A stretch of DNA of 64,000 bases from an uncultured Anaeroplasmataceae bacterium (GTDB lineage Bacteria; Bacillota_I; Bacilli_A; Acholeplasmatales; Anaeroplasmataceae): the NCBI GenBank assembly GCA_948619685.1, contig CAPGOD010000002.1, positions 1-64,000 on the forward strand, given 5' to 3'. Below are positions 1 to 10,151 of this stretch, one piece after another. The translations under genes were made by a program, and so were the position numbers. A model generated the notes under the pieces. That model was not told the DNA's origin. It saw only the letters and a list, made by a program, of their open reading frames with translations, and did not search any database. Within the stretch, counting starts at the first letter, position 1; every line of letters begins with the position of its first letter.

Positions 1-319
1 AGCATAAACACTGGGGTTGTGGGTATTTTTTACCCACCATCACCCTTGAAGAGCCCAAATTATCTGGTTTTAATTCTGTATATTTAACACTATTTTTTTC
101 AAGAATCGGAAGAATCATATCCCTTACATTATAAATCGCGTTAAATTCCATGCCTGTGTCATAAAATATGACCTCATCAAGCGGCTCTCTCCTTTCAATT
201 AACTTTAAAATCATTGCTGTGCTATCCTTGCCCCAACTACAACTTGCTATATACTTCACATCAGCCACATACACTATCTCTAATGTGTGGCAATACTCTG
301 AACTGCAGCAACTGCCAAT
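1..319 (-). CDS. PAPS-reductase-family PP-loop protein; N-terminal part only, C-terminus lies beyond the window edge
   Basis: Reverse-strand translation gives ...IVYVADVKYIASCSWGKDSTAMILKLI...DEVIFYDTGMEFNAIY. It has the SGGKDS-like PP-loop and the IFxDTG motif. No ATG is found after the upstream TAG, so the start is unresolved. Confidence 0.45.
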   Translation of the reverse strand, partial: MGSCCSSEYCHTLEIVYVADVKYIASCSWGKDSTAMILKLIERREPLDEVIFYDTGMEFNAIYNVRDMILPILEKNSVKYTELKPDNLGSSRVMVGKKYPQPQCLC

Positions 320-568
320 CTACTGATGTATTTTACTTACACATAATCGTTAAAGTCCCCGTGTAAAACCTAGTTTCACTAGGATAGATGCTACTCCTTT
401 CCACCAATCTTGTTAAATAATTTCTGCAAACACTTTTTACACAAAATCGTATTGATATCAACTCCTATAATACGATAAGTAGCTCCAAAATCGTTGCATG
501 CTATACAATTATGATAATGTCTCATTCTTTTTATCACTAATTAGCTCCTTTTATCTTTTATGCTTTAT

Positions 569-1858
569 TCAAAACAATGTACATCCTTGTTGTTTGAATT
601 TATTTACTTCGTCAACCCATTTATCATCATCCCATCCATATATTTTCATTAAGCATTTCTTACAGTAGAATTTATTTATATTTCTTCCATGATATTTAAG
701 GTTCATACCTATGACATCTTTTTCTTTTATTTTCTTTATTTTGCCAGACTTTGATTTACAGCCATTAGCACAATATTTGTTAAAATATTGTAAAGCTACA
801 TTTCCATCAATACCAGTATAGGCTGAATATTCTTTTATGACCTTTTCTGTTGGATCTTCTCTAAACACTCCTCCATTCCAAGCCTGATTAATATATTCGC
901 TCACCGTGCAATTCAAAACCAACCATTTCGAATTAGATACAAAGTCCTGTCTCAAAATATCTTCCCAACGTTTCCTCATTGTTGGATACCAGTATTTATC
1001 AAGAACCCAAGTAGACTTGTTATAATATGGGCAAGAAATACTACATCCTTGACGAGAATACCCTTTTTTATATTTAGGATTAATTTCTATTTTCCGCCAT
1101 AAAGCATAAAGCCACACATCTAATTCAGACCACATCCTGATTGGCAGAATCCCCTGCCATTCTGTATCTCCCCACTCAGCCTCATTAATCCATTCGTCAC
1201 CATATCCACTTCTGGTATTACTTTCTTCATTTCTCATTCCCATGAACATTAAGTATCGAATATTATGGTCTAGTTGTTTTACCATTTCTCCTACCTTGAA
1301 AATTCTACAGCAGAATCTTGAAAACCTTGTCGGTATCATCCGTGCTTCTTTTATATATTGATAAAAGCCTTGTTTAGGAGTCATTATTTCGCAATTTGGA
1401 AAGTTCTTAGCCATCAGATACGTATCAGCACAATCAAGAGTCGTATTGTTGAATATTGCTTTTGTTTCTGGATATATATTTCTGACAAGATGACATGTGA
1501 CCATAGAGTCTTTCCCCATACTCACTGGAACCAAAGGTATATATCCATCAAATTTATCCATCTTTTTTATAATCAACTTCTTTGATTCAGTTTCTAACTC
1601 TTCCAGATGATTCTTGTTCAATTCTATAACATCATCCCAACTTGCTAGGTCAAATTCTATAATCGCATCATAGCCGTTTGGAATTTTATACGATATTGAT
1701 AAGTCATTGTTTACTACAATGCGATATAACTTATGGATATTGCCTTGTTTATCAAAAGCTTTTATAATCTGGTTATCTAACCAATAATATCCTTCTTCTA
1801 ATTCTAAATTTACAGTATCTTTTAAAAACTTACAGTACTCCTTAAATATTGGATTCAA
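569..1858 (-). CDS. PAPS reductase family protein (PP-loop ATP pyrophosphatase) with a Cys-rich DUF3440-like C-terminal region
   Basis: 429-aa ORF with VSMGKDS PP-loop, downstream AIFNNTTLDCADTY block and C-terminal CxxC pairs. Confidence 0.65.
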   Translation of the reverse strand: MNPIFKEYCKFLKDTVNLELEEGYYWLDNQIIKAFDKQGNIHKLYRIVVNNDLSISYKIPNGYDAIIEFDLASWDDVIELNKNHLEELETESKKLIIKKMDKFDGYIPLVPVSMGKDSMVTCHLVRNIYPETKAIFNNTTLDCADTYLMAKNFPNCEIMTPKQGFYQYIKEARMIPTRFSRFCCRIFKVGEMVKQLDHNIRYLMFMGMRNEESNTRSGYGDEWINEAEWGDTEWQGILPIRMWSELDVWLYALWRKIEINPKYKKGYSRQGCSISCPYYNKSTWVLDKYWYPTMRKRWEDILRQDFVSNSKWLVLNCTVSEYINQAWNGGVFREDPTEKVIKEYSAYTGIDGNVALQYFNKYCANGCKSKSGKIKKIKEKDVIGMNLKYHGRNINKFYCKKCLMKIYGWDDDKWVDEVNKFKQQGCTLF

Positions 1859-2054
1859 TCATAATCTTCCTTTAACCTGGTATTTCACCAAATTGTTAAA
1901 GGAATCTATCTTATTCTTAGGAGCAACTATTTTAGCCCATGGCGTAAGATTTTACGTTTTAGCCTTATGTCACTAGGATTCTAGGTGATATAGATATCTT
2001 TCGCTATACAACCCTGATTACAGGGTTTGACTATGATTGATATATGTAAATCTA

Positions 2055-2411
2055 TTATTCAAGCTTTAAATATACCTTCCCCATTAGAAAGCTATCAAGA
2101 ATTATGACGTTTGATAATCTTCTCTCTGGGTACTTTTCATTTTGTTCTTCTATGTAATCAAAAAATATGTCTTCTATCCTATCCCAGGCATATTCATTAT
2201 CTAAAATATATTTATCAGCTTCTTTGGGATTTCCTCTCGCCGTATAGTAAGAGTAATGTATTTTCCATACAGGAATTGGAATTTCTTCACTGATAAGCTG
2301 CCTTGGATGAATATTTTTAAACTCATCCATATCAGAATTATTAATTGAACAATCCCTCAAAAAATCTACAATCTTGATTTCTTTCACCTCCAAATGTAAT
2401 TGTTTTTTCAT
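2055..2411 (-). CDS. hypothetical protein
   Basis: 118-aa ORF, same strand as neighbours. Confidence 0.4.
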   Translation of the reverse strand: MKKQLHLEVKEIKIVDFLRDCSINNSDMDEFKNIHPRQLISEEIPIPVWKIHYSYYTARGNPKEADKYILDNEYAWDRIEDIFFDYIEEQNEKYPERRLSNVIILDSFLMGKVYLKLE

Positions 2412-3205
2412 CCTGTTACTCTTTTTGTTGCTATATCATAATATTTCTTTTCCTTCTCAATACCAATAAATCTTCTATTAGCATTGATGCAAGCTACCCC
2501 TGTTGTTCCTGATCCGCAACATGAATCTAAAACAATATCTCTTTCATTTGTATAAGTTTTAATGAAATACTCACATGTAACTATCGGTTTCTGAGTTGGA
2601 TGTAGACTTGATTTTTGTGTATCCCATTTGAACTGAAGTACATCCCTCGGATATCTTTGCGTACTACTTCCACCACTAATGCCAATTTTAGTATCACCAT
2701 AACAACTACCATCTGTTGTGTGCTTCGTGTAGCTATGTACTGGCTCATGCCCATCTGTCATCTGAGGATTATAAGTTGGAAGTTTACCATAGAAAATTTG
2801 AATTGTTTCTGGAGACTCATCTAAATCAGAAAATATCATCACATTCTCATGTGACTTCATAGGCATTTTCTTAGCATTTAAATGTCCAGTTCCTTTAGTT
2901 TTTTCAATAACCCACTCATATCTATATTGTTTAATATTACTTAATGCCAATACATGAGAGAATGGAGCCTGTGCCCATAATGCAATACATCCATTCTTTT
3001 TAATAATCCTTTTATACTGCTTTCATAAACAATCAAGATCTATCATACAGTCCCATGAATTTTGTGTTGTTGCATATGGTAAATCAGAAAAAATCATATC
3101 CACTGATTTATCAGAAATATTTTTCATCAATTCAAGACAATCGCCTTGCCATAATTCATAATTACTATTCTCGAATATTTTACTTCACCAGAAAGGCATG
3201 ATCAT
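2408..3205 (-). pseudogene. N6-adenine/N4-cytosine DNA methyltransferase interrupted by two in-frame TGA codons
   Basis: The C-terminal 180 aa carries HPTQKP and CCGSGTTG motifs. Upstream, in the same frame: MIMPFW[TGA]SKIFENSNYELWQGDCLELMKNISDKSVDMIFSDLPYATTQNSWDCMIDLDCL[TGA]KQYKRIIKKNGCIALW, with DLPY = DPPY-like motif IV. There are no frameshifts. Confidence 0.6.
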
Positions 3206-3250
3206 CTCATGGCTGCAGCACCTTTATCCTTTCTGTATTATTTTCTTTAT

Positions 3251-3853
3251 TTAATTCTCATCATCATAATACTGGCTTAAAGACTCACTATACCATTCCC
3301 AATTATCTACACCACCAGCCTCTAAAGCACTGAGTTTTCTATTTCTATCCATCAACTCTTCATATTCCTTTTTAGAAATTGTTCTATCAGAACCCTCTAC
3401 TTTAACACTGTTACCACCAATCAAATTACATAACTGAGTAGTCGTTTCTCTAACTTGTCCAATCACTTCTTCTTTAATAGAATGATATAAATCATCATAT
3501 AGATTTTCAGTCAACCCATCTTTAATTTCTCTTTTTAACTGCTCCAATCTGTCAGGATTCTTTGTCAACTGTGACTCTATGTAACCTTCAAACTGTTCTA
3601 AATATTTGTCATCAATATCTTTAATAAGTTTATCAAATACTCTCTCTTTTATTTCCTTTTTAATTTCATCCTTTAAAGCATATTCATCGCTATATGTAAG
3701 AGCCAGCTTTTCTTTTACTTCACTTTTAATCTGATTTATAGCTGATTCTTTGGCTTCATCAAAATTTGTTTCTGACAATTCTCTTATTACACCCTGTTTG
3801 ATTCCTTCAAATACTTCATCAAAATCAAACTCAAATTTAAGTGGTGTTCCCAT
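3251..3853 (-). CDS. hypothetical acidic protein
   Basis: 200-aa ORF. Confidence 0.45.
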   Translation of the reverse strand: MGTPLKFEFDFDEVFEGIKQGVIRELSETNFDEAKESAINQIKSEVKEKLALTYSDEYALKDEIKKEIKERVFDKLIKDIDDKYLEQFEGYIESQLTKNPDRLEQLKREIKDGLTENLYDDLYHSIKEEVIGQVRETTTQLCNLIGGNSVKVEGSDRTISKKEYEELMDRNRKLSALEAGGVDNWEWYSESLSQYYDDEN

Positions 3854-4079
3854 TAAATTCCTCCCTGTTTACCAATTTAACAACACTTGCATATTTTACA
3901 ATATTATCTGTTGTTCCATTCTCATCTAAATAATCTTCATATGCGTCTTTACACCAACTACCCTCACAACTCCAATATCCATTTGGTGTAACACCAGACT
4001 TATATTCTCCATATTCTGTATGAGAGCAATAACTACAAATCTCTTCGCTATTACACATTTCTTCAAAAGTTTGTAACAT
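3837..4079 (-). CDS. small Cys-rich hypothetical protein
   Basis: 80-aa ORF with several Cys pairs. Confidence 0.4.
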   Translation of the reverse strand: MLQTFEEMCNSEEICSYCSHTEYGEYKSGVTPNGYWSCEGSWCKDAYEDYLDENGTTDNIVKYASVVKLVNREEFNGNTT

Positions 4080-4115
4080 ACACTCTAAATCACCTCCTGC
4101 AATAAAACAGATTTT

Positions 4116-4340
4116 TCATGTCCATGTATATATGTGCAAACCGCCTAAATCTAAAGTAATCATGCGCTGTTTGGCAAACTGTACAATAACATCATGTGCG
4201 TCTCTCAAAAGTTGTTTATTGACAGTCACTTCATATCCTGCCATTCCTGGATCTTTACACAACGATTTTTCATTTAAATTAATAAGCAATCTCTCAACAT
4301 CAACTTCTCTTTCAATATTTACTATTCTCCTTTTGTCACA
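4116..4340 (-). CDS. possible small ORF (~75-80 aa) without a canonical start
   Basis: Reverse-strand reading ...VNIEREVDVERLLINLNEKSLCKDPGMAGYEVTVNKQLLRDAHDVIVQFAKQRMITLDLGGLHIYTWT* after an AAAGGAGAA RBS-like site; first ATG is internal. Confidence 0.25.
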   Translation of the reverse strand, partial: CDKRRIVNIEREVDVERLLINLNEKSLCKDPGMAGYEVTVNKQLLRDAHDVIVQFAKQRMITLDLGGLHIYTWT

Positions 4341-4476
4341 CTTGACTACCTATCAAAATGCTTAAGTCACAAACTTGAACACAAGAAAGACGGTTGAAAT
4401 GAAAACAACGAAATTTATCTGATTGAGTGTTGAACACTCCTGTAGATGGCCAAGTGTATTTAATTTACATTCAATA

Positions 4477-4517
4477 CTTTGTGTGGTTTTAACACCACAC
4501 AAAGTAATTTTTATTTT
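4477..4517 (+). terminator. rho-independent terminator-like hairpin with T-run on plus strand
   Basis: CTTTGTGTGG-TTTTAA-CACCACACAAAG perfect 10-12-bp stem followed by TAATTTTTATTTT. Confidence 0.45.
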
Positions 4518-4615
4518 GATTTCTTTTTACATCTGCCTACTATGTATCCTACCAAGAAAGATACGGCAAAACATACAAGAAACACACCAATATTTAACAC
4601 AATCATTTAATTCTC

Positions 4616-6232
4616 CTACTCGATACACTTAAACGATACATCTGTTCTTCTATTCATTGAACGATGCTCCTCTGTATCGTTTTCGACAATCGGGGCGCTG
4701 GAACCATTACCTACGACAACGATTCTGTCAGCAGATACACCATTCATAATAAAATAATTTTTAACTGCTTCTGCTCTTTGTAGTGACAACTTAGTATTAT
4801 ATTCATCAAGCGGGTCACTATCAAGATTCGGATCTGTATTACCAGCAATCTCAATAATTGCACCATCAAGAACCTTTGCGATTCCAATAAACCTATCTAA
4901 TTCCGTAGAGGCACTGACAGAATCAGAAAACTTGGCAGTATTCTTTACAAATGTCACAGACGCAGAACCTTCAAGTAGTGCTTCTGTTTCAGCAATAATC
5001 TGCTTATTCTCTTCTGTTACCTTTACTGTTTCAGTATTAGAAATTTCTGTCGAACTAAAATTGTCAGAAACACTTTGGATATATGTATCATCAAATAATG
5101 TTTCCAGAAGACCTACGTTTACTTCTTCTCCAATAGAAGTCCACACTTCACACATGTCAGTATAAATTGTTCTTGCAGTGCCATTAAGCAAATCTTCATT
5201 ATCTTTCCACGTAGTCAGTTTGGCCGATACACAATTATCAATAATATCTTCGTCAGATGCAGTATTAAACATTGGCATAACTTCTCTGATTGCATCAAAT
5301 TCTGTATCATACAACTTACTTGCCTCAAGAGAACCTTGAATAAATTTTTCTACTGTGTCAGGATGTGCTTCTGCAAAATCCTTATCAAATAAGACACCAT
5401 CCATTACGAGGTTTGTAGAACTTGCTGTACTAAACAAAATATGCGCATCTGTCATATTCTGGGCCTGTGTCAAATAAGGTTCCCATGTAGCTGCCACATC
5501 AATTTGTCCTGCAAAGAAAGCTTTTGCCGCATCATCTGGTGTAGCAAATAGAATAAGATTATCAATAATAGCGTCTTTCTCAGTTTGTGCCAAATCAGAG
5601 TTATTTACAAACCATACAACCAACGTCTGCGCTTCCGAAAATTCAGGAACACCAATCTTTGCACCAACTAAATCTTTAACAGTCATAATACTCGACTTTG
5701 CAATAATTCCATCGCCGCCATTAGAATAGTTTGTGATATAAGGCATGATTACTTCTTTATTGGCGTTTGCAAATTTATTAGATAAGAACGCCGTCCTATT
5801 GATTGTATATCCAGCCGCATTTAAGTCGCCTTTAATCAAAGCATTGCTAGATTGCGTAGCATCGTTAATAATATTAATGTTTACATTAATACCAAGTTTC
5901 CCATAAATAGAATCTGGCTGAGTTGTTAAACCTTTATTTGCATCAATAATAGATTTCCATCCAATCCATTCATCTAACGAGATATTGATTGTATCATCCA
6001 TTACATTGGTATCATTTGTTTCAGATGAAACATTATTTACTGTATCATTTTTAGATTCAATTTTATCACTATCCTTGTTAACCACAGTGGCCATTTCTTC
6101 ATTTGTTTTGTCTTTTGTTTTGATTAGCCCTGTCTTTATTCCTACGAATACGCCACTACCTAACAGTGTAAGAATCAAACAAAAAACCATAATCTTTGCT
6201 GTCTTCGTTAATCTAAATCTCTTTGTACTCAT
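4616..6232 (-). CDS. membrane-anchored ABC substrate-binding protein (SsuA/TauA/NMT1-like) fused to a C-terminal OmpA/MotB-like peptidoglycan-binding domain
   Basis: 538 aa. It has an N-terminal TM helix and a low-complexity linker. The central SBP fold has GAKIGVPEFS and AGQIDVAATWEPY. The C-terminal TDPNLDSDP...LSLQRAEAVKNYF...NRRTDVSF is OmpA_C-like. Confidence 0.6.
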   Translation of the reverse strand: MSTKRFRLTKTAKIMVFCLILTLLGSGVFVGIKTGLIKTKDKTNEEMATVVNKDSDKIESKNDTVNNVSSETNDTNVMDDTINISLDEWIGWKSIIDANKGLTTQPDSIYGKLGINVNINIINDATQSSNALIKGDLNAAGYTINRTAFLSNKFANANKEVIMPYITNYSNGGDGIIAKSSIMTVKDLVGAKIGVPEFSEAQTLVVWFVNNSDLAQTEKDAIIDNLILFATPDDAAKAFFAGQIDVAATWEPYLTQAQNMTDAHILFSTASSTNLVMDGVLFDKDFAEAHPDTVEKFIQGSLEASKLYDTEFDAIREVMPMFNTASDEDIIDNCVSAKLTTWKDNEDLLNGTARTIYTDMCEVWTSIGEEVNVGLLETLFDDTYIQSVSDNFSSTEISNTETVKVTEENKQIIAETEALLEGSASVTFVKNTAKFSDSVSASTELDRFIGIAKVLDGAIIEIAGNTDPNLDSDPLDEYNTKLSLQRAEAVKNYFIMNGVSADRIVVVGNGSSAPIVENDTEEHRSMNRRTDVSFKCIE

Positions 6233-6243
6233 TCACTCTCTCC

Positions 6244-6981
6244 TTATTTGTTATACTTTTTCTTTAATGATTCAAGATAATCATTGCTTTGCATTTTTTT
6301 AGCTTCTGCATCTGCTTTTTGTAATCTGGTAGACATCTTATTATCATGTACAGCTTTTGAGCCTTCTACAACAGCATCCAAGTCTTTATTCTTATCTCTC
6401 ACCGACTCAAGAAGTTTATCTGTAGCAGTGACATTTTTCAGTTCATCCATATCATCATAAACTTCTTTAAGCTGTTTCTTTACTTTCATGTTCTCCACTA
6501 CTTCTTTGCTTTCTCTCTTCAGTTTTCGAAGATTTTTTTCACACATTTCCTGCGCTTCTCTTGCTGTATTTGCAGCAACTTCATATGCCTTAACCAATTC
6601 TGAATGCCGCTTAATATCAGCCATTATCTCTTCTCTCTCCTCAGCCTTTAATTGTGCTAAATCAATTTTACTATTCTTAACAAGCGATTCACATTCAGAC
6701 TCCACTTTTGATAACCTTGATTTAAGGTTTTCCATATCTCTTTTTGCTGTACTTAATTTACCAGCCGCTATTTTTAAAGCATTATCTGCTTTATTATAAG
6801 CCTCCTGGGCCTGATCAATCTTCTCACTATAGATTGCTTCAGCACCTTCTGGTGTTGTAGCCATGTCTTTAATAAAAAGTCTTGTAACCCCTTTAAGCAA
6901 TGCTCTAAACTCTGGAAACAGAATCAGCATCAACGCAAAAACAATAACTACAATACCGATAATCATTTGATTCAAACCCAC
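6244..6981 (-). CDS. PspA/IM30-like coiled-coil protein with N-terminal TM segment
   Basis: 245 aa, hydrophobic N-terminus then long heptad-repeat region resembling phage-shock protein A family. Confidence 0.4.
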   Translation of the reverse strand: MGLNQMIIGIVVIVFALMLILFPEFRALLKGVTRLFIKDMATTPEGAEAIYSEKIDQAQEAYNKADNALKIAAGKLSTAKRDMENLKSRLSKVESECESLVKNSKIDLAQLKAEEREEIMADIKRHSELVKAYEVAANTAREAQEMCEKNLRKLKRESKEVVENMKVKKQLKEVYDDMDELKNVTATDKLLESVRDKNKDLDAVVEGSKAVHDNKMSTRLQKADAEAKKMQSNDYLESLKKKYNK

Positions 6982-7520
6982 TAATTTACACCTCCCACAA
7001 ATTTTACTAGTTCTTTGATTCTACCAATTTCGGCAGAAATTTTTTCATTAGAAATTTTTACATCATTCATCTCATTTGAGATCTCAGTTTCTAAATCCGC
7101 AATAGCTTTCTTGAACTCTTCAATCTTCTCCTCCTTTTCTGAAATCGAATCATTAGATTCAGTATTAATCTTCTCTTTTACCCCAACTAACACTTCTATT
7201 CTCTTTTCTCCATCGTCAACAACTTCTGTTGCAGTCAGTCCAAAACTGCCGAGGATTGAAAGAACAGACACTCTCTTAGTTTCTGTCATCATCTCTTTTG
7301 GTAAAGAATTGATTAGTTCTTCAACTTTAAAAACTGATTGAGACTTATCATATAAGTCATTCTGTGTGTAAATATCATCAATTAATGTATTTGTATTTAC
7401 ACTATCAAGTTCCACCTCTACATTTTCTTCTCCACATGAACCTAAATCCTCTTCTGCTCCATTGTTTTCTGTTGGCACTTCCTCTACAAATGCTTTGCCA
7501 ATCGATTTCAAAAATCCCAT
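6981..7520 (-). CDS. hypothetical acidic coiled-coil protein
   Basis: 179-aa ORF coupled (ATGA overlap) to upstream gene. Confidence 0.4.
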   Translation of the reverse strand: MGFLKSIGKAFVEEVPTENNGAEEDLGSCGEENVEVELDSVNTNTLIDDIYTQNDLYDKSQSVFKVEELINSLPKEMMTETKRVSVLSILGSFGLTATEVVDDGEKRIEVLVGVKEKINTESNDSISEKEEKIEEFKKAIADLETEISNEMNDVKISNEKISAEIGRIKELVKFVGGVN

Positions 7521-7538
7521 CTTCTTCCTCCTTGTTTA

Positions 7539-8150
7539 TTAAAGATTTATTATTTCATCACACATTCGTTTTGCCTCTTCTGTGCTATGTGTAACCATAA
7601 TAATTGTATTACTGCTATCCTTGTGCATTTTAATAATTATCTTCTGCATTTCTTCTCTTGTAATAGCGTCTAATGCCGATAACGGCTCGTCCATCAATAT
7701 AATCTGAGGCTGTGTAAATAATGTTCTTGCCAATGCCAACCTCTGTCTCATACCCCCAGACAATTGCCTTGGATATTTTTGTGCATGTGCATCAAGTTTA
7801 ACTAGCCTAAGCATTCTCATAGCATTTTCTTTATCTATCTTTGTGATTCTATTTTTTATTTTCTTTGCGATGAGCACATTATCTAAACATGTCATCCAAT
7901 CAAATGAAGTATAGTTTTGATGTATCATATAAATCCCATTTTTACTTGGTCTATTTTCTTTTATTCCATTTACTATAACTTCTCCTTGCAGTGGTTTAAC
8001 CAATCCTGCTATAGTTCTTAATAATGTTGTCTTCCCACATCCAGATTCACCCAAGATTCCATATATTTTTGCATCAAAGTCATAGCTAAATCCTTTTAAT
8101 AAGGGTGAGTCCCTAGAGTAACCAGTATACAAATCATTCAAGACAATCAT
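7539..8150 (-). CDS. ABC transporter ATP-binding protein (SsuB/TauB-like)
   Basis: Walker A GESGCGKTTLLR, signature LSGGMRQR, Walker B ILMDEP, H-loop MVTHS. Confidence 0.8.
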   Translation of the reverse strand: MIVLNDLYTGYSRDSPLLKGFSYDFDAKIYGILGESGCGKTTLLRTIAGLVKPLQGEVIVNGIKENRPSKNGIYMIHQNYTSFDWMTCLDNVLIAKKIKNRITKIDKENAMRMLRLVKLDAHAQKYPRQLSGGMRQRLALARTLFTQPQIILMDEPLSALDAITREEMQKIIIKMHKDSSNTIIMVTHSTEEAKRMCDEIINL

Positions 8151-8895
8151 CTAAATACCTCCACGCAAATACCTTCTTTACCAATTTCTTCATTAGACTG
8201 TCAAACAACACACTGATGACCATAATCATAATAATGGCCATAAATACCAAATCTGTCCTTCCTCTTGAAGACGACTGTTGGATAATATATCCTAGTCCAT
8301 ATTTCGCATTTATTGTTTCGGTTGCTGCTATATATGTCCATCCAATTCCATACATCATAATAAAACTATTCATTAAACTCGGAAGAATTGCTGGTATTTG
8401 TACTTTAGCGATTATCTGAAGCTTATTCATTCCTATTGTAAGTCCTGTATCAATAAGATCTGAATTAATTTCATCTAAGCACAGAATTACTGATGGCATC
8501 ATATACACAAATGTTGCAATAAACAGAAATACAATCTTCATAAGCTCATCAATTCCAAACCACATAATCAATAATGGATAAAATGCCGTAATGGGTATGT
8601 ATCTCATAATACTTATTACTGGACTTATAATATCGTTTGTTATTTTTGAGTTATACACCAGCAATGCTATTGGAAATGCTATCATCCCTGATAAGAATGT
8701 CGCTATTGTAATTCTTAAAAATGAATACTTTATTGCCATGAATAGCTGACCACTTTTCATCATTCCAATCAGATTCATAAATACTAATTTGGGATTGGGG
8801 ATGAATAGTGGATTGACATTTTTAGAACAGAGACTCCACACTAAGATTACGCTTAGTAATAATAGTAATCTTTTTGCAATTTTCTTAATTTTCAT
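8134..8895 (-). CDS. ABC transporter permease (SsuC/TauC-like)
   Basis: 253 aa, multiple hydrophobic helices, overlaps the ATPase gene start. Confidence 0.7.
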   Translation of the reverse strand: MKIKKIAKRLLLLLSVILVWSLCSKNVNPLFIPNPKLVFMNLIGMMKSGQLFMAIKYSFLRITIATFLSGMIAFPIALLVYNSKITNDIISPVISIMRYIPITAFYPLLIMWFGIDELMKIVFLFIATFVYMMPSVILCLDEINSDLIDTGLTIGMNKLQIIAKVQIPAILPSLMNSFIMMYGIGWTYIAATETINAKYGLGYIIQQSSSRGRTDLVFMAIIMIMVISVLFDSLMKKLVKKVFAWRYLDDCLE

Positions 8896-8969
8896 TCACC
8901 CTTTCTTACTTGCTGATTCTACACTTAGCTTGTGTATTATTTAGCTTTGAAATCTCGAATTTATTGTCT

Positions 8970-10151
8970 TTAACCATTGTGCTTCAATAGATATTCTCTC
9001 GACACATTTTTGAAGCTCTGCTGTCCATCAACACTTCGGTATACGAACCCCTCTCTTTTTACCTTTGGATTGATTTCACTATACCCATCAGCTTCCAGCT
9101 TCATTTCTTCCATAGTCTTAGGCAACACATATTCTGTATCAGTAATTGGCACATTCTTTAATCCATTCTGTTCGCAGAATTTAGCCATATCTACGGCTCC
9201 AAGACGTACACCGTCAACAATCAGATTGAATACAAATAACTCATTCTCTTTCAGCTTATATGGATTACCTTGAACTGATCCAACACCCTCTCCTTGGAGA
9301 ACCACTCTGTTATATCCATTCTCCATAGCAAACTTAGTCAAAATAATTTCAATGCCATACTTATCTGCCAGCTCCCAATAGATATTTGACTCATGATATG
9401 TTTCCTGATTTCTATCTGCCTGTCTTACATTTCTACTACAAACAATAAACTCAAACTTATTCTTCTTGATTCTGTCTACAGCAAATGTGCAGCTTGTTCC
9501 ATCTAATTTTTCTGTCTTAATCCACTTATTAGTACTTTCCAGATAAAACGGAGCATTCTCAATTCGTGTTTCGTCTGTCTTAACAATCCACTTGGGAAAC
9601 TCTTTCGGATTATCTTTCTTCTTGCCAAAGAACAGGAACATGATTTTTCTGCCAAGTTTATATCTCATAATCTTTCGCACAAATGGTCTACTAAACAGCT
9701 TCTTGTGTCTCTGAGCCATAGATTTATATTTTGCATCTGGATCTACGTTGTTGGACTTTCTCTTAACATCTTCTTCACAAGAATAAGTAATTTTAAGACT
9801 TTCAGTCACGTCCGATCCAATAGCATTATCACTCAACTCTGGAAATAATGAAATCGGGAGTGCAAGTCCCTGACTAATAACCTTAAATTTCCCTAGCTTC
9901 ATTGTTTTTACCTTATAATGCTTTGTTGCTAAGAAAGCAAATCTTTCATCAGATTCAGGACATTTACTATCAATTTCAATGTACACGGCTAAATCTCCTG
10001 GCTTAAACTCTTCTTTCTTTGCGATACAAACCCATCCAAGGACTCCAATAAGTTCAATATTATCTGCTCCATCAATCGGTCTTACCCACTCAATTTTTTC
10101 AATATGTGCCAATGCTCTATCTGCCATATTAAATTTCTCCTTTTCTCTCAA
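8970..10151 (-). CDS. ATP-dependent RNA ligase (Rnl5/DraRnl-like) with N-terminal tRNA-binding-type OB domain
   Basis: KxDG nucleotidyltransferase motif KLDGTS; N-terminal VRPIDGADNIELIGVLGWVCIAKKEEFKPGDLAVYIEID resembles myf/tRNA_bind OB fold. Confidence 0.65.
   Translation of the reverse strand: MREKEKFNMADRALAHIEKIEWVRPIDGADNIELIGVLGWVCIAKKEEFKPGDLAVYIEIDSKCPESDERFAFLATKHYKVKTMKLGKFKVISQGLALPISLFPELSDNAIGSDVTESLKITYSCEEDVKRKSNNVDPDAKYKSMAQRHKKLFSRPFVRKIMRYKLGRKIMFLFFGKKKDNPKEFPKWIVKTDETRIENAPFYLESTNKWIKTEKLDGTSCTFAVDRIKKNKFEFIVCSRNVRQADRNQETYHESNIYWELADKYGIEIILTKFAMENGYNRVVLQGEGVGSVQGNPYKLKENELFVFNLIVDGVRLGAVDMAKFCEQNGLKNVPITDTEYVLPKTMEEMKLEADGYSEINPKVKREGFVYRSVDGQQSFKNVSREYLLKHNG

Noticed and set aside
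2408-3205. TGA read as Trp (genetic code 4 or phage recoding), which would explain the two in-frame TGAs in the methyltransferase
   Set aside because: TGG is used abundantly for Trp. Long ORFs such as the 814-aa one are free of in-frame TGA. Another broken gene uses TAA. Pseudogenisation or sequencing error is the simpler explanation.
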